DNA of 32,000 bases from a virus. Made by a program: the position numbers and the translations under genes. The number at the start of each line of letters is the position of its first letter. Within the stretch, counting starts at the first letter, position 1. The notes under the pieces are model-generated. The model was not told the DNA's origin and did no database searches. It worked only from the letters and a program-made list of their open reading frames with translations. Positions 16,801 through 26,037 of this stretch are shown in pieces. Location of the stretch: the IMG/VR virus record IMGVR_UViG_3300045988_123082, positions 1 to 32,000 of that record. One strand, written 5' to 3'.

Positions 16801-17634
16801 TGTAACACCAGTCCATGCATCCTCAAACTCAATAGCCGTCTTAGTAGCGGCCGCAATACCTACAAAAGATAACATAGACAATGGCTTAATAGTTTCTGCA
16901 AATTGATTTGCTTTCTGACTAGCAACACCAAATGAATGTGATAATTTTAATATATTTTCATTATCTGTAATAAAGCTTTTATTCAAGCTCTTTAGTTCAT
17001 TGTTTAATGTTGCTGCACCAGCTCTTAGACCATTAAACGTCCTTTGCGATTCCTCATACGTGCTTCCTAAGTCAACAAGATTTTTCTTTTGTTCCGCAAT
17101 TTTTGCATTATATTCCTTTTGTGAAGCACTATTTGCCTTCATAGAAACTGAAAGTTCTTTATTTCTAGCAGCTAGAGTGGAAATTGCGGTTTCACATTGT
17201 TCTGTAGTGTGATAACTATCGCCAATCGCATCTTTCCATGCTTGGATTTGAGTTTGATTTGTCTTATATTCTTTTTGTAAGGCATCCATCGCCGATTCAG
17301 TACTGTTTAATTTAGTCTGATATTGCGATAATGTGGCTTTTGATTTGTTAACTTGATCTGTCCATTGTTGTTGTGTTTTAGGATATTCTTTAAGCTTTTT
17401 GTTATAGACATCCAATTGCTTAGAAGTGCTCTGAATCTTATCTTTTAATAGATTTTGGTATGTCGCAAATGACGAGAAATCATTCGGATTTAGCTTCATC
17501 GAAGCTTTTAGTTTAGACATTGTTTTGTCTAACCCTGATGTTTCTCTTTTGATTTCATTTATCGCTTTCTGAAATCCTGTAGTATCTCCATCAATCTTTA
17601 CGGAGATACCTTTTATTTGACTATAACCTGACAA
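13801..17634 (-). CDS. tail tape measure protein
   Basis: 1277 aa, helical, with a TP901-type core (..MATRLGVAGKMVGF..LSTALSSLGIEAAAGGSS..). TTG start with AGGAGG upstream. Confidence 0.9.
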   Translation of the reverse strand: MSGYSQIKGISVKIDGDTTGFQKAINEIKRETSGLDKTMSKLKASMKLNPNDFSSFATYQNLLKDKIQSTSKQLDVYNKKLKEYPKTQQQWTDQVNKSKATLSQYQTKLNSTESAMDALQKEYKTNQTQIQAWKDAIGDSYHTTEQCETAISTLAARNKELSVSMKANSASQKEYNAKIAEQKKNLVDLGSTYEESQRTFNGLRAGAATLNNELKSLNKSFITDNENILKLSHSFGVASQKANQFAETIKPLSMLSFVGIAAATKTAIEFEDAWTGVTKTVNGTPQQFEKINAGLKNLAQNTSSTYQDIAHYAELAGQMGIPTDSIVGFTKTITELGDTTNLVGEEAAQSIAKFSNVMVSQSKKTNTYYSRLGSTIVDLGNKFSTTEADIMNMATRLGVAGKMVGFNSNEVLGLSTALSSLGIEAAAGGSSVSKMLKTIDLSVSTGDKKLQKFAEVSGMTSQQFQKAWGEDAAGTFLKFVEGIGKSADVTKTLDELGIKEVRQAQSMGALAQSSDVLAKALNVSQNAWQANSAMATEAEKRYGTLKSQMSQTWEAVKQAADELGQGFTPTLTSILKVVKKAANAFSDLDEGTQQTIAKMLLLTAAAYPTAKGLGKIFSGAQKLTNGFGKVSSWIGKTASELNDLSGPVDKTDGLLTKLFKRTGVTTEALKGSSIALGGVGIAVGLAAAEIAVLVPMFEKANKKALENAVKNDAVAQSYLKVVDSVSSFNKKIDEYKEKSETILATNEQNISQSNSLMRTIEQLNGVENKNAIQKQMLQEAVNQLNEIYPDLGLTIDSNTGKVADNTGKVFENNQALEEYIQKVQEAAKQEAYAEAIKEQTKALIKQRMKYSEVTESVHGLNDKMDELKVKQSQAFKDGDNEKALRYQTQIEQLRKKIDEANVSLATMATKMQETNKTLLDLNNQAETGGYTKIGDSLKQSLQGAIDKAGEAGIQIPEKLTSGIMNGTESYQTASNFVASMMTFQQLVDNASAAGLNIPQGMAYSIISNAGSVSEANTMLNNLIEFEEALTKSNYDGEQIPQKCAAGIADGTITVDQAMKALAKGGVDELEKELDKAKDKASKKSKDTGDKMGDGKSNAKASSGSMGKSGGSALLKAYEPYAQATIDYAKKVEKAIHNAKAAAKDPIVITTIKKTVHKTEKHSLDNLSRPVVDSDVAPMSADSIAALADTSAYAAASDATTSIMGGTVSRSNSTAYNLNLDGIYKRMDNLTSALNAILDSNITINLQPMQLDGNVVTDTVQEIISIRDMLKSWGNGGS

Positions 17635-17646
17635 TTTTAGTACCTC

Positions 17647-17852
17647 CTAAAATCTGTCAAAGTCGCTTTGGATTGCTTTACGGATATGTACTTTGTTACT
17701 AGATTGTTTGGCTGCTCTTGCACTCATATTGCTTTTAGCTATGATCAAGTCAAACATCATTCCAATGTCCATATCATCTATTTCATTCATCTTAAGCCCT
17801 AAATTCATGCACCCTATAATCAAATCAGAGTAGCTAACTATTCTTTTTTTTT
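17647..17852 (-). CDS. gpT-like -1 frameshift extension of the chaperone (gpGT product)
   Basis: On the minus strand, ...AAC AAA AAA AAA GAA TAG. The -1 frame after the A9 run (17852-17844) is open for about 64 codons (RIVSYSDLIIGCMNLGLKMNEIDD...) and stops at TAG 17649-17647, just before the tape-measure RBS. Confidence 0.7.
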
Positions 17853-18266
17853 GTTTTTTTCTTCTACATCTTCTGATTCACTATCGATAGTTGGACTGTT
17901 CGCAAAAACGATTTTTTCAAACACCATAATACCTACTGTGACAAATGTGTCATAGTCTACAACATTATCAATAAAATCTGAAAAATCTTCCGTTTCTTTT
18001 CCTTGAACAACATCATACGCTTTAATACATGCCCACAACACACGTTCAAAGAATTCTGAACCATTCGCTTCTAACAATACATAATATGCAGGTTCATCTT
18101 CTTCATCTGTTCCCACTTTCTTTTTGATAGCTTCCGAAAACTTCATCTGTGCTTTCTGAGTGTCAACCAACATATCTCTATTGAAGTATTCTCTATAGAT
18201 TTTCGCTGTTTTACCTTTATAAAGAACACCATATTCTTTTTCATCAATCTTAATTTTTGTTTCCAT
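17838..18266 (-). CDS. tail assembly chaperone (gpG-like)
   Basis: 142 aa, acidic, between the major tail protein and the tape measure. It ends in an A-rich slippery region. Confidence 0.75.
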   Translation of the reverse strand: METKIKIDEKEYGVLYKGKTAKIYREYFNRDMLVDTQKAQMKFSEAIKKKVGTDEEDEPAYYVLLEANGSEFFERVLWACIKAYDVVQGKETEDFSDFIDNVVDYDTFVTVGIMVFEKIVFANSPTIDSESEDVEEKNKKKE

Positions 18267-18278
18267 ATAACCTCACAA

Positions 18279-18296
18279 AGAGGGGGTTGCCCCTCT
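18279..18296 (-). promoter_or_regulatory. GC-rich stem-loop at the end of the major tail protein gene
   Basis: Minus-strand AGAGGGG-CAAC-CCCCUCU followed by UUGUG. It overlaps the stop codon. Probably a partial terminator or mRNA stabiliser. Confidence 0.5.
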
Positions 18297-18940
18297 TATA
18301 ATGTGCTCACTTCCTTTCCATCATCACTTTGTACAACTACTGGTGTACCTTCTTCTTGGCTCACTTCACTAGCTTTTGGACTAGGTAATGTTGGAGCAGT
18401 TGTAAAGAAACTCTCATAATTTGTATCACCTTTACGACATTTTGACTTTACCCATTGATGATCACCTTGCTCTACAGGAACAGCCGTAATATCCATTGAT
18501 GTTGTTTTTGGATCAGTGCTCTCTTCTTTTGTTTCACCTTCTACATTTGGTCGTGCAAATACAACTTTATAGAAGATATGTTTAGTAGCACTTACATCAC
18601 CTTCAAATTGGAACATAAGCGCAACATTATTAGGCAAGACATTTGCATCTTCTGCTAAGTTACCTTCTTCTGTTGTCACTGTATTGAAAATCATTTTTTC
18701 GATTTCTTCAGGAATTTCAGACATCTCTAAACTACCTGAATATCCATTGTTTGTATTCGTTGTGAAATACGCAGTGTTATCTGCATAATATGTATTTGTA
18801 TCTCCTTCTGGATCTAGAGTTAATGATTTAGCACCTTTCCATGCAGTAGGCTTACCATATGTAGTTGATCCTGCACTTTCTGTAATAGAACATACATGTA
18901 CATTTTTTAGACCGAATCGTACCTTGTTTTTTTCTGCCAT
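18296..18940 (-). CDS. major tail (tube) protein
   Basis: 214 aa, immediately upstream of the gpG/gpGT pair. Sequence is phi13-type major tail protein-like. Confidence 0.8.
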   Translation of the reverse strand: MAEKNKVRFGLKNVHVCSITESAGSTTYGKPTAWKGAKSLTLDPEGDTNTYYADNTAYFTTNTNNGYSGSLEMSEIPEEIEKMIFNTVTTEEGNLAEDANVLPNNVALMFQFEGDVSATKHIFYKVVFARPNVEGETKEESTDPKTTSMDITAVPVEQGDHQWVKSKCRKGDTNYESFFTTAPTLPSPKASEVSQEEGTPVVVQSDDGKEVSTL

Positions 18941-18945
18941 AGTTT

Positions 18946-19356
18946 TTATCCTTTCAAATATTTTTCGATTAAACTTGGCAGTTCCTTGATTGCGTTTGTT
19001 TCTCCATCTTTCCAGTGCTTAAATGCACGTGTACGTCTAGGAGAATTCCATAAATTATGTCCGTTTTCTAGTAAATGAGTTAATGAGTATTCGTGGCCAC
19101 TCGCATAAATAACACCGCGTGTATGAGCTAATTCACGTTCTATCTTATATGTTATAGATCTTTTATATTTTCCCTTTCTGCGTGTGTTTCTATCTTCTAC
19201 ATTGGCCTTAGCTTTAACAATGTCTTTAGAATCTTTTGTAGTTTCTTCTACTGCTCTATCAATCTGCGCCAAAGAATGCTCTTTATATTCTTGAATCATC
19301 TTTCTGATTTCAGGCCCAAGCTGCGACATATCGCAATATACATCATTGACGGCCAA
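18946..19356 (-). CDS. HK97 gp10-family tail completion protein
   Basis: The motif ...YASGHEYSLTHLLENGH... is typical of the HK97 gp10 family, and the position fits. Confidence 0.7.
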   Translation of the reverse strand: MAVNDVYCDMSQLGPEIRKMIQEYKEHSLAQIDRAVEETTKDSKDIVKAKANVEDRNTRRKGKYKRSITYKIERELAHTRGVIYASGHEYSLTHLLENGHNLWNSPRRTRAFKHWKDGETNAIKELPSLIEKYLKG

Positions 19357-19681
19357 CTAATGTCACCGTCCATTCTGTACAGTGTACTTTTTGAGTGTTT
19401 ATATCTTCATCTGTGATGGTTTGGTATGGTATTTCTAATTCATCAAACATGTCTTCGATTTTAGCTTCTAATTCAAAATCTTTTTGATCAGTCACTAATC
19501 TATATATGTAAGTTCCAATCTTACAATACGTTCTATTGTCTGCAAAGTAATTATTTGTATAATCCAACGCATAATTCCCATAGGGGGTATGGGGTTTTGA
19601 TTTGAAACTGCCATATACAAATTGTCCTTCACCTAAAAGTTCAGTGAATTTAGCTACAATCTGCTGTCTTACTGTTTCCAT
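19343..19681 (-). CDS. head-tail joining protein
   Basis: 112 aa, overlapping its neighbours by 13-14 nt within the connector module. Assigned by position. Confidence 0.5.
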   Translation of the reverse strand: METVRQQIVAKFTELLGEGQFVYGSFKSKPHTPYGNYALDYTNNYFADNRTYCKIGTYIYRLVTDQKDFELEAKIEDMFDELEIPYQTITDEDINTQKVHCTEWTVTLVGRQ

Positions 19682-20004
19682 TCTCCAGCATCCTGTTGAA
19701 CATATAGTTCAATCGTATCTCCGGATGGGAATGTACGATAAACCGCATACTTTTTGTCGTTGTATTTCACTGTCGTTTCATCATTGTAATCAATAGTAGG
19801 AATAACAAGCTTATACGCTAACTGTATGCCTGCCTGGTAGGCTTCATTAAATTCTTTTGAATAAATTCCACCAACTCGACAAAATACTTCCTTCTCCGTT
19901 TCATTAACACGTTCCACACCATCTGCATCCACATATCTTTCTTTTTCAATCAGATATGCCACATCGTAGTAAAGATTATTCTCACGAGTATATTCATATG
20001 CCAT
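19669..20004 (-). CDS. head closure / head-tail adaptor protein
   Basis: 111 aa, second gene after the capsid. Assigned by position and size. Confidence 0.55.
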   Translation of the reverse strand: MAYEYTRENNLYYDVAYLIEKERYVDADGVERVNETEKEVFCRVGGIYSKEFNEAYQAGIQLAYKLVIPTIDYNDETTVKYNDKKYAVYRTFPSGDTIELYVQQDAGEWKQ

Positions 20005-20005
20005 A

Positions 20006-20308
20006 CTATTTCACCTTCTTATGGGATTTATCTGTCATAAGAATCTGACGTAAATCCTCATATGTTTTAGCCATTGATTCTTTATTTGAAGCATCCGTTG
20101 TGCCAAATTTTGACATTACATATGCTATTACCGCTACTACAATTTCATCTTCTAAATCATCTTCATCAAATAAAATATTTAATCTATCCAAATCATATAA
20201 ACATGCATTGATATACGTTTTGATTTCATCATCATAAGCATGTGATTTAGCTCTTGTAGCAGCAGTTCTAACACGTTCTAGAAGGCTTTCAGAAATATTG
20301 AACGCCAT
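20006..20308 (-). CDS. gp6-like head-tail connector protein
   Basis: 100 aa and helical, with a DDEIKTYINACLYDLDRL type pattern. First gene after the capsid. Confidence 0.6.
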   Translation of the reverse strand: MAFNISESLLERVRTAATRAKSHAYDDEIKTYINACLYDLDRLNILFDEDDLEDEIVVAVIAYVMSKFGTTDASNKESMAKTYEDLRQILMTDKSHKKVK

Positions 20309-20318
20309 TATCTATCAC

Positions 20319-20462
20319 CTAAGCTTTCTTCGTACCGCTTTTTCGAGTGGTTTTCTTAGGCTCATCATCTAATACAATAGGTTCTTCATCATTTAATGAT
20401 TGTGTTCCTGTTTGACTTTCATCTTTTGTAACATCTCCATTGCTTAAGCTACTTTTTTTTTT
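20319..20462 (-). other. A10 slippery run plus start-less -1 ORF: candidate C-terminal extension of the major capsid protein
   Basis: The capsid gene ends TTA AAA AAA AAA GTA GCT TAA. The -1 frame reads SSLSNGDVTKDESQTGTQSLNDEEPIVLDDEPKKTTRKSGTKKA and stops at TAG 20321-20319. It contains no ATG, GTG or TTG. Confidence 0.4.
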
Positions 20463-21760
20463 AACAAGAAGATATATTGAGGATCTAACACTTTACCATC
20501 ATTGATAACTAATGCCTGAGTTACTTCCTCATTCTTTTCATAATCCCAGTACTTTTTCACACCAAACTGCATGTTTGAGTTGATTGCATAGGCTTCTTTT
20601 CCTACCCAATACATTCCGAAATATTCACCGTTCTGTGCTTCATCAAAATCTTTAAACGTATCGTTTTCAACGAAATTAACAGTTCTAGCTTTGAATGTAG
20701 CGCGTTCTGCACCATCAATAGGATTATATGTTTCTGCATAAACAGGGCGATTATTATCGTCGGCCAACGTTTTAATGTTTGCTTCATATGTTGCAGGAGT
20801 CATTACAAACTCTGGTTTTAATTTTCGCATTGATAAAGGAATCTTTGCGAACAATTTTGTTTGCCATGATTTCCAATCTTTCATTTCTGCTTCCGTAAAT
20901 TCAATAATATGATCGGCTTTAATACGTCCACCACTTACTTTATTAGCTTCTGTTAAAATACCTTCACATTCATTATTTGCAGAGTTACCTGTTAAAATTT
21001 CACGATCCATAGCTTCCAAATAAGCTTCTACAATAACTTTTGCTAATTCAGTTTCAAATGCATTTACAGTCAATACAGTTTGTAGTAATGTACGTGCTAA
21101 ACGAATTTCACCAATCAAATATCCAAATTGTACAAATTCTGTAACAGAACCGGCTTTTTGACGATCAGACACTGTTGTTTCTGTGATACGTTTAAATGTA
21201 GCCTTGAATGAACCGATAGGATATTTAACACCACCACGGAAATTTGTATGTAATACTGCATTGTATAAGTAACCACGTGATTTACTTAATTCAGTCATTA
21301 CTTTCTGAACAATTGTTTCAGGAATTAAAATACCTAGATCAGCTGCCACACCTGCTTCTGCACTACGTTGTCTTAAGATTTCTGACTGTTTTCCTTTTTG
21401 AACGAATTCCATGAATGCACTACGATACTCCATATCGTCTTCCATTCCTTTTTTACGTTCTGATAAGTTTGTAGGCATTGATGGATGTGCTTTGCTACGA
21501 GCTTGTTCCTGTTGTGTAACAAAAGCACCTTCTTCATCAACAATAGATTTTGCCATAGTATCTAAGAACGCTTGACGTTGTGCTACCTTACCTTGTAACT
21601 CTTTGTCACGTTTTTGCAAGATATCAAATTCCGCCTGTAACATTTCCAAGTTTGTATTAGGATCGTTTTTGTTGACCTCATCTTGAATTTCTTTAAATCT
21701 TTTTTGAATCTGTTCGTGATTCATTGCATTGAATGCTGCTAGTTGTTGCTCTGTAAACAT
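20444..21760 (-). CDS. major capsid protein, HK97 family, with an N-terminal delta/scaffold domain
   Basis: 438 aa. The N-terminal ~100 aa are coiled coil and are followed by an HK97-fold-type sequence. The gene follows the prohead protease. Confidence 0.9.
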   Translation of the reverse strand: MFTEQQLAAFNAMNHEQIQKRFKEIQDEVNKNDPNTNLEMLQAEFDILQKRDKELQGKVAQRQAFLDTMAKSIVDEEGAFVTQQEQARSKAHPSMPTNLSERKKGMEDDMEYRSAFMEFVQKGKQSEILRQRSAEAGVAADLGILIPETIVQKVMTELSKSRGYLYNAVLHTNFRGGVKYPIGSFKATFKRITETTVSDRQKAGSVTEFVQFGYLIGEIRLARTLLQTVLTVNAFETELAKVIVEAYLEAMDREILTGNSANNECEGILTEANKVSGGRIKADHIIEFTEAEMKDWKSWQTKLFAKIPLSMRKLKPEFVMTPATYEANIKTLADDNNRPVYAETYNPIDGAERATFKARTVNFVENDTFKDFDEAQNGEYFGMYWVGKEAYAINSNMQFGVKKYWDYEKNEEVTQALVINDGKVLDPQYIFLLKKKVA

Positions 21761-22371
21761 TAATTAATAGCCTCCTTAATCTGCAACAACAAACTCAGTC
21801 TTTCTCGTTTCTTTTCATTTTCTTTTTTAACCCGGTCTTCATCCATTAAAGACTTTGCCCTTGCTTCAATAGATGTTTGATCATTTGCAGGAATCGACAC
21901 TGCCGAAACATCATAAATTTTTGATACTTTACGTGTTGTCCACGTCTTTGTATCCCTATTATATGATTCCTCATCCACCATGTATCTCCATGACATCTGA
22001 GTAACCATTCCTGCCTGAATACTGTCGTACAAACGTTTTGCAGCTTCTGTTCTTCCTAAGTCTGCCGCAACAAACAATCCATGTTCATCTACTTCAACAA
22101 TAAGTGAACCATTGCTTGTACGTGCATATACCATTCCTCCATGATCAAATTGGAAGATGATATCACTCATATCAGCGTTGTCCAAACTTGAACGCTCAAT
22201 CAACTCATATACATCATTACCTTCGTAATCTCGATAAAGAACGTAAGGTTCAAATGTTGTAGCATATCCTTCAACATAGTACTGAGTATCAATCCGTTTA
22301 TTTTCCGTCACCGGGTTCATTTGGAACGGGATCGAGCGCATTTGGATTTTGCTGTGGTTCGGTTTCCCCAT
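21760..22371 (-). CDS. HK97-family prohead protease
   Basis: YVEGYATTFEPY...FDHGG... pattern. Located between portal and capsid, with AGGAGG upstream of ATG 22371. Confidence 0.85.
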   Translation of the reverse strand: MGKPNHSKIQMRSIPFQMNPVTENKRIDTQYYVEGYATTFEPYVLYRDYEGNDVYELIERSSLDNADMSDIIFQFDHGGMVYARTSNGSLIVEVDEHGLFVAADLGRTEAAKRLYDSIQAGMVTQMSWRYMVDEESYNRDTKTWTTRKVSKIYDVSAVSIPANDQTSIEARAKSLMDEDRVKKENEKKRERLSLLLQIKEAIN

Positions 22372-23572
22372 TGTAACTAATTCCTCCTTGATTTGATTTA
22401 GTTACCTGGATGTATTCACCTCGAATAAAACGTTTCTTACCTTCATCATCTGGTAAAGGCGCTTTGTTCATAATATTTAATGCCCCGTTTGTATCAATCA
22501 TTCCACGGTCAAACATTTGAGTCGCAACATTCAATTTTGTCTGTGTTGAATCATACTGTAAACGATCGCTTGTAAGAATGATTTCACTACCATTCATAAT
22601 CTGATTTACGGAATATAACATTCCCCTCAATACTTCTCCAACTTCAATAAAAAATGGTTCGATAATTGATTCATAAAATGCATTCCATTCATCAGGTTTA
22701 TATTTATTTTGTAAAATAGCTTCACTAATTCCAAAATAGCTGTATACACTATTTTCAATTGCCTGCTTCTGCTTGGCATCCACTAATAATGGTTTACTTT
22801 CAATAGGTTTTACTTCATCAAATCGATTGTCGACAAGGAATACACCTGTTTCATTTTTGTTCAGGTTATTTCTCAAGATCATGTTTTGTTGTTCTTTATA
22901 ATCCTCATCATCGTCAATTGGTGTTGAAATTTTAGCTAAGAATCGAACAATAGAACTCGACTTGATCGCATTGATTGCTCCTTCTTCCTGAGCAAGCATC
23001 AATTTAGCTGTTGTATCAAATGCATCATTAATTTCACCAAAGTAATCATTTTTATACTGCATCTGTCTTAGATGTCCTACTTTGCTGTATTCAATCAATT
23101 TTGTTTCGCCATAGATGAAATTAAAATAAATATAAACTACACCATTGATTTCTTTTAACTGACACTGACTTGGTACTGCGGGCCATAATCCCTTTACCAT
23201 TCCATATTCATCTTCAATTGGAATAATGAAAGCATTGTTTTCTGTAAAATAGATAGTTGCCAATCTTTTATAAAATTGACTAGCTGTCATATAAGGATTT
23301 GGCTTTTTCTTAACCAAATAGTTATATATCTTGCTTTTGTAGTCTTTGTTTGTCAGTTCAGGTGAAGCCTTCCCACATGACGTGGCAATTCGATTGATAC
23401 ATGCTCTGCATAGTCCAATCTCATATATTCCACCATCATATGATGAATATACCGGTGAATATCCACCTAAGCTTGCAAACATAGAGTGTAATTGATTTTG
23501 TTTAGGTGCTGGCTTATTTAGTCCTAATAGACTTCCTAGCAAACCAAATCTTTTTCTTCTGCTTTTAGCCAC
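22298..23572 (-). CDS. portal protein (HK97 family)
   Basis: 424 aa, directly after TerL. Portal-like sequence. Confidence 0.85.
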   Translation of the reverse strand: MAKSRRKRFGLLGSLLGLNKPAPKQNQLHSMFASLGGYSPVYSSYDGGIYEIGLCRACINRIATSCGKASPELTNKDYKSKIYNYLVKKKPNPYMTASQFYKRLATIYFTENNAFIIPIEDEYGMVKGLWPAVPSQCQLKEINGVVYIYFNFIYGETKLIEYSKVGHLRQMQYKNDYFGEINDAFDTTAKLMLAQEEGAINAIKSSSIVRFLAKISTPIDDDEDYKEQQNMILRNNLNKNETGVFLVDNRFDEVKPIESKPLLVDAKQKQAIENSVYSYFGISEAILQNKYKPDEWNAFYESIIEPFFIEVGEVLRGMLYSVNQIMNGSEIILTSDRLQYDSTQTKLNVATQMFDRGMIDTNGALNIMNKAPLPDDEGKKRFIRGEYIQVTKSNQGGISYNGETEPQQNPNALDPVPNEPGDGK

Positions 23573-25230
23573 TAATTCACCTTCCTTTTCTTGTTTTCAA
23601 GGCGGTATTTAAATGTATCCCACCATTTTTGTCTTACTGTATATGCATCAATTACAGATGCATATCCATCAATATGTTTTCTTGGATCAGTTTTAATCAT
23701 GCGGACACGATTATCCTCTGCAACTTTCTTTAATGCCACGCTAGACATATGGGCTTGTAAAAGTCCATTTGTTCCTGTATGAACAAATCCATCTCTTACA
23801 TATCCTGTAAATTCATTAATAACCGGTGTAAGGTTAGTTCCCTGAATGACATCATCCATCTTGTATCCATATTTCTTCATATCATCCACAAGATACTGAG
23901 CCGAATAACGGTCATATCCAACGACCACGCAATAAATCTTGTATTTCTTACGTAACATTTCAAACCATTCCGTAACATCTTCATACCGTACAAAGTTTTC
24001 CCCACTTGGACTTAAATATCCCAATTGAATAAATCTTGTATATGGTATTTTGTCTCTTTCCTCTAGTTCCTTGATTTTTAATGTCGGAAGCCAAAAATGA
24101 GTAAATATGTAGTCCTGCTCTTGAATTCGTATAACAACAGATGCGGCTGTTAAATCGGTTGTTTGTGACAAGTCAATTCCACCAACTGCATATGTATGTG
24201 CAAAATCTTCAAATCTAAGTTCTTCACCTTTAACTTTGTTAATATCTTCTGCACTAAATAACGCTTCTGTTGAATTCTGTTTGATATTTGCGTATTTTGT
24301 TATGAATTCAGCCTTATATGTAGGTGAGCTATGTGCTTTTAAAATTTCATTCTGCAAATATTCATAAGAAACCGATATTCCAAGGTTTGGCATTGCTTTT
24401 CGTAATTCAATAGGATCATCCCATTTTTGAATATCATCAATCATATAAAAGAAAGGCAACATTTGTTTTTCATCAGACGTACCAAGTAAAACAGATGTTC
24501 CGCGAACAAATAATTCATCATATAATCCTTCATCAATATAGTTTGCGGTACTTACAGGAATATAAAGTGGATCAGGTCTTGCACCACCTGCCGACAACAT
24601 AACGTTGTACATTTTCATACCAGCTTCACCTTCCCAGGCTGCAAACTCATCAAAGATTGTCAAATATGGATTGAATCCGTCTGACTTCTTAGATGCAAAG
24701 GCAATTGGTTCCCATCTACAGTTGTTCTGTTTCATGTAGATATCTGTTCTACGTTTTTTCACTCTTTGACTTAACGCTTTAGAATGTTCCATCATTTGAT
24801 ACAAAACGTTGTAAATGATCTGTGCTTGTTTTAACTTTGGCGCTATATTGTATATCTGCATACCTGCTTCATCAGATGTAAATCCAACATCAAGTTCAAT
24901 ACCCGCACAAAGAAATGATTTTCCTTGTTTTCGGCCCATGACCGTAGGTATTTCACGAAACTGCCTTTTTCCATTCTTATCAACAAGTCCGAATATGCAC
25001 GCAATATAGTATTTTTGCCAAGGCTCAAGCTTCACTTTTGTTGTTTTTCCTTCTACGTGATGACAAAACGTTTCAATAAACGCTATATGCATTTCAGCTT
25101 TTTTCTCATCATAGAAGAAATCTCCATTTGCTAATCCTCTTTCAACATATTGAAGATTAAGCTTTATCCACTTACCGACTACATCTTCACCCGATTTAAT
25201 ACGTTCTTTATAAATGTCTAGATATTTCAT
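23572..25230 (-). CDS. terL: terminase large subunit
   Basis: 552 aa. ATPase region GRKQGKS (Walker A-like), a downstream ..IFDE.. motif, and a C-terminal nuclease domain. Gene order is TerS-TerL-portal. Confidence 0.9.
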   Translation of the reverse strand: MKYLDIYKERIKSGEDVVGKWIKLNLQYVERGLANGDFFYDEKKAEMHIAFIETFCHHVEGKTTKVKLEPWQKYYIACIFGLVDKNGKRQFREIPTVMGRKQGKSFLCAGIELDVGFTSDEAGMQIYNIAPKLKQAQIIYNVLYQMMEHSKALSQRVKKRRTDIYMKQNNCRWEPIAFASKKSDGFNPYLTIFDEFAAWEGEAGMKMYNVMLSAGGARPDPLYIPVSTANYIDEGLYDELFVRGTSVLLGTSDEKQMLPFFYMIDDIQKWDDPIELRKAMPNLGISVSYEYLQNEILKAHSSPTYKAEFITKYANIKQNSTEALFSAEDINKVKGEELRFEDFAHTYAVGGIDLSQTTDLTAASVVIRIQEQDYIFTHFWLPTLKIKELEERDKIPYTRFIQLGYLSPSGENFVRYEDVTEWFEMLRKKYKIYCVVVGYDRYSAQYLVDDMKKYGYKMDDVIQGTNLTPVINEFTGYVRDGFVHTGTNGLLQAHMSSVALKKVAEDNRVRMIKTDPRKHIDGYASVIDAYTVRQKWWDTFKYRLENKKRKVN

Positions 25231-25601
25231 TTAAATCTGCTCATGAACTCATCCAATTCATCACCTTTTTTTCCGGATACTTCTGTCGTTTTCGATAGTG
25301 AAGTAGGTGACAAGCCAAGTTCTTTGCAGTACTTCATAATTTGATCACGTAATTGAACGGTAATAATGTAGTATGGTGAGCGTGATAAATTCGTTGCACC
25401 GCCCTTGTTCGTATATTCAACAACCATCTGTAGTGATTTGTAGCCATTTGCTTTACTTGAATCTCTCCATTGCTTCATTGTTGAATCATATTGGGCCAAT
25501 GCATCTGCAAGTGAATCAACCGCAACCGAATATTCAGGAGAAAATGTTCCTAAATTCTCTAGTTGTGAATTGATTCTTTTTTTCCATGCTCCTTTTTGCA
25601 T
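25227..25601 (-). CDS. terS: terminase small subunit, P27 family
   Basis: 124 aa. The pattern ..SPYYIITVQLRDQIMKYCKELGLSPTSLSK.. is typical of the P27-type TerS C-terminus. Confidence 0.8.
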   Translation of the reverse strand: MQKGAWKKRINSQLENLGTFSPEYSVAVDSLADALAQYDSTMKQWRDSSKANGYKSLQMVVEYTNKGGATNLSRSPYYIITVQLRDQIMKYCKELGLSPTSLSKTTEVSGKKGDELDEFMSRFK

Positions 25602-26002
25602 TCATCATCCTCCCTTCCACATCCTATAAGCATTCCGTTTTCATCAAATTCAAAAGATGGTTTGCGTTTGGAATGTTCTTCAGCATGACATAAGTCACAC
25701 AACGCTTCCAAATTGGAATCGCCAAATAGAATGTGTACATCTCTATAGTTGTCCTGGTCAATGTGCACTTTATGATGCACACAAGTCGACCTGGTATAGA
25801 TACCTTTTTTCAAACATCTTTCACAAAGTGGATGTGCCTTTCTATACGCTTTGCTTTTCTTTTCCCAAGCCTTACTTGAGTAAAATTTTCTAGCATAATT
25901 TCTAGCACCTGTTTTTGTTGCTTCTGAACCATAATATTTTTTCATATCGCTACATTCAAAGTTTTGACCATAACTACAGTTAACAGATTTAAAGGACGAC
26001 AA
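25559..26002 (-). CDS. phage-associated HNH endonuclease
   Basis: HPLCERCLKKG...CVHHKVHI...LEALCDLCHAEEH. TTG start; the N-terminus VNCSYGQNFEC resembles the usual KPCxxPGC start of this family. It overlaps terS by 43 nt. Confidence 0.8.
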   Translation of the reverse strand: MSSFKSVNCSYGQNFECSDMKKYYGSEATKTGARNYARKFYSSKAWEKKSKAYRKAHPLCERCLKKGIYTRSTCVHHKVHIDQDNYRDVHILFGDSNLEALCDLCHAEEHSKRKPSFEFDENGMLIGCGREDDECKKEHGKKESIHN

Positions 26003-26037
26003 AAACTAACAGTAAACACTTTGAATGCAGTGATATG

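Noticed and set aside
11068-17212. Plus-strand ORFs nested inside large minus-strand structural genes, for example 11068..11352, 11990..12220, 13988..14257 and 17000..17212. Similar cases occur at 1247..1706, 23591..25134 and 25373..25893.
   Set aside because: These are shadow ORFs antisense to well-supported genes. They have no RBS and a low-complexity or unusual composition.
19376-19387. Third partial copy of the palindromic box (TGTACAGTGTAC) inside the connector genes
   Set aside because: Only the 12-nt core is present. The outer arms and the A/T flanks are missing, and the hexamer at the equivalent -10 distance (GACATT) is poor. Half-sites TTGTACAG also occur at ~1509, ~10872 and ~13853 inside genes. 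This is probably chance or weak secondary sites.
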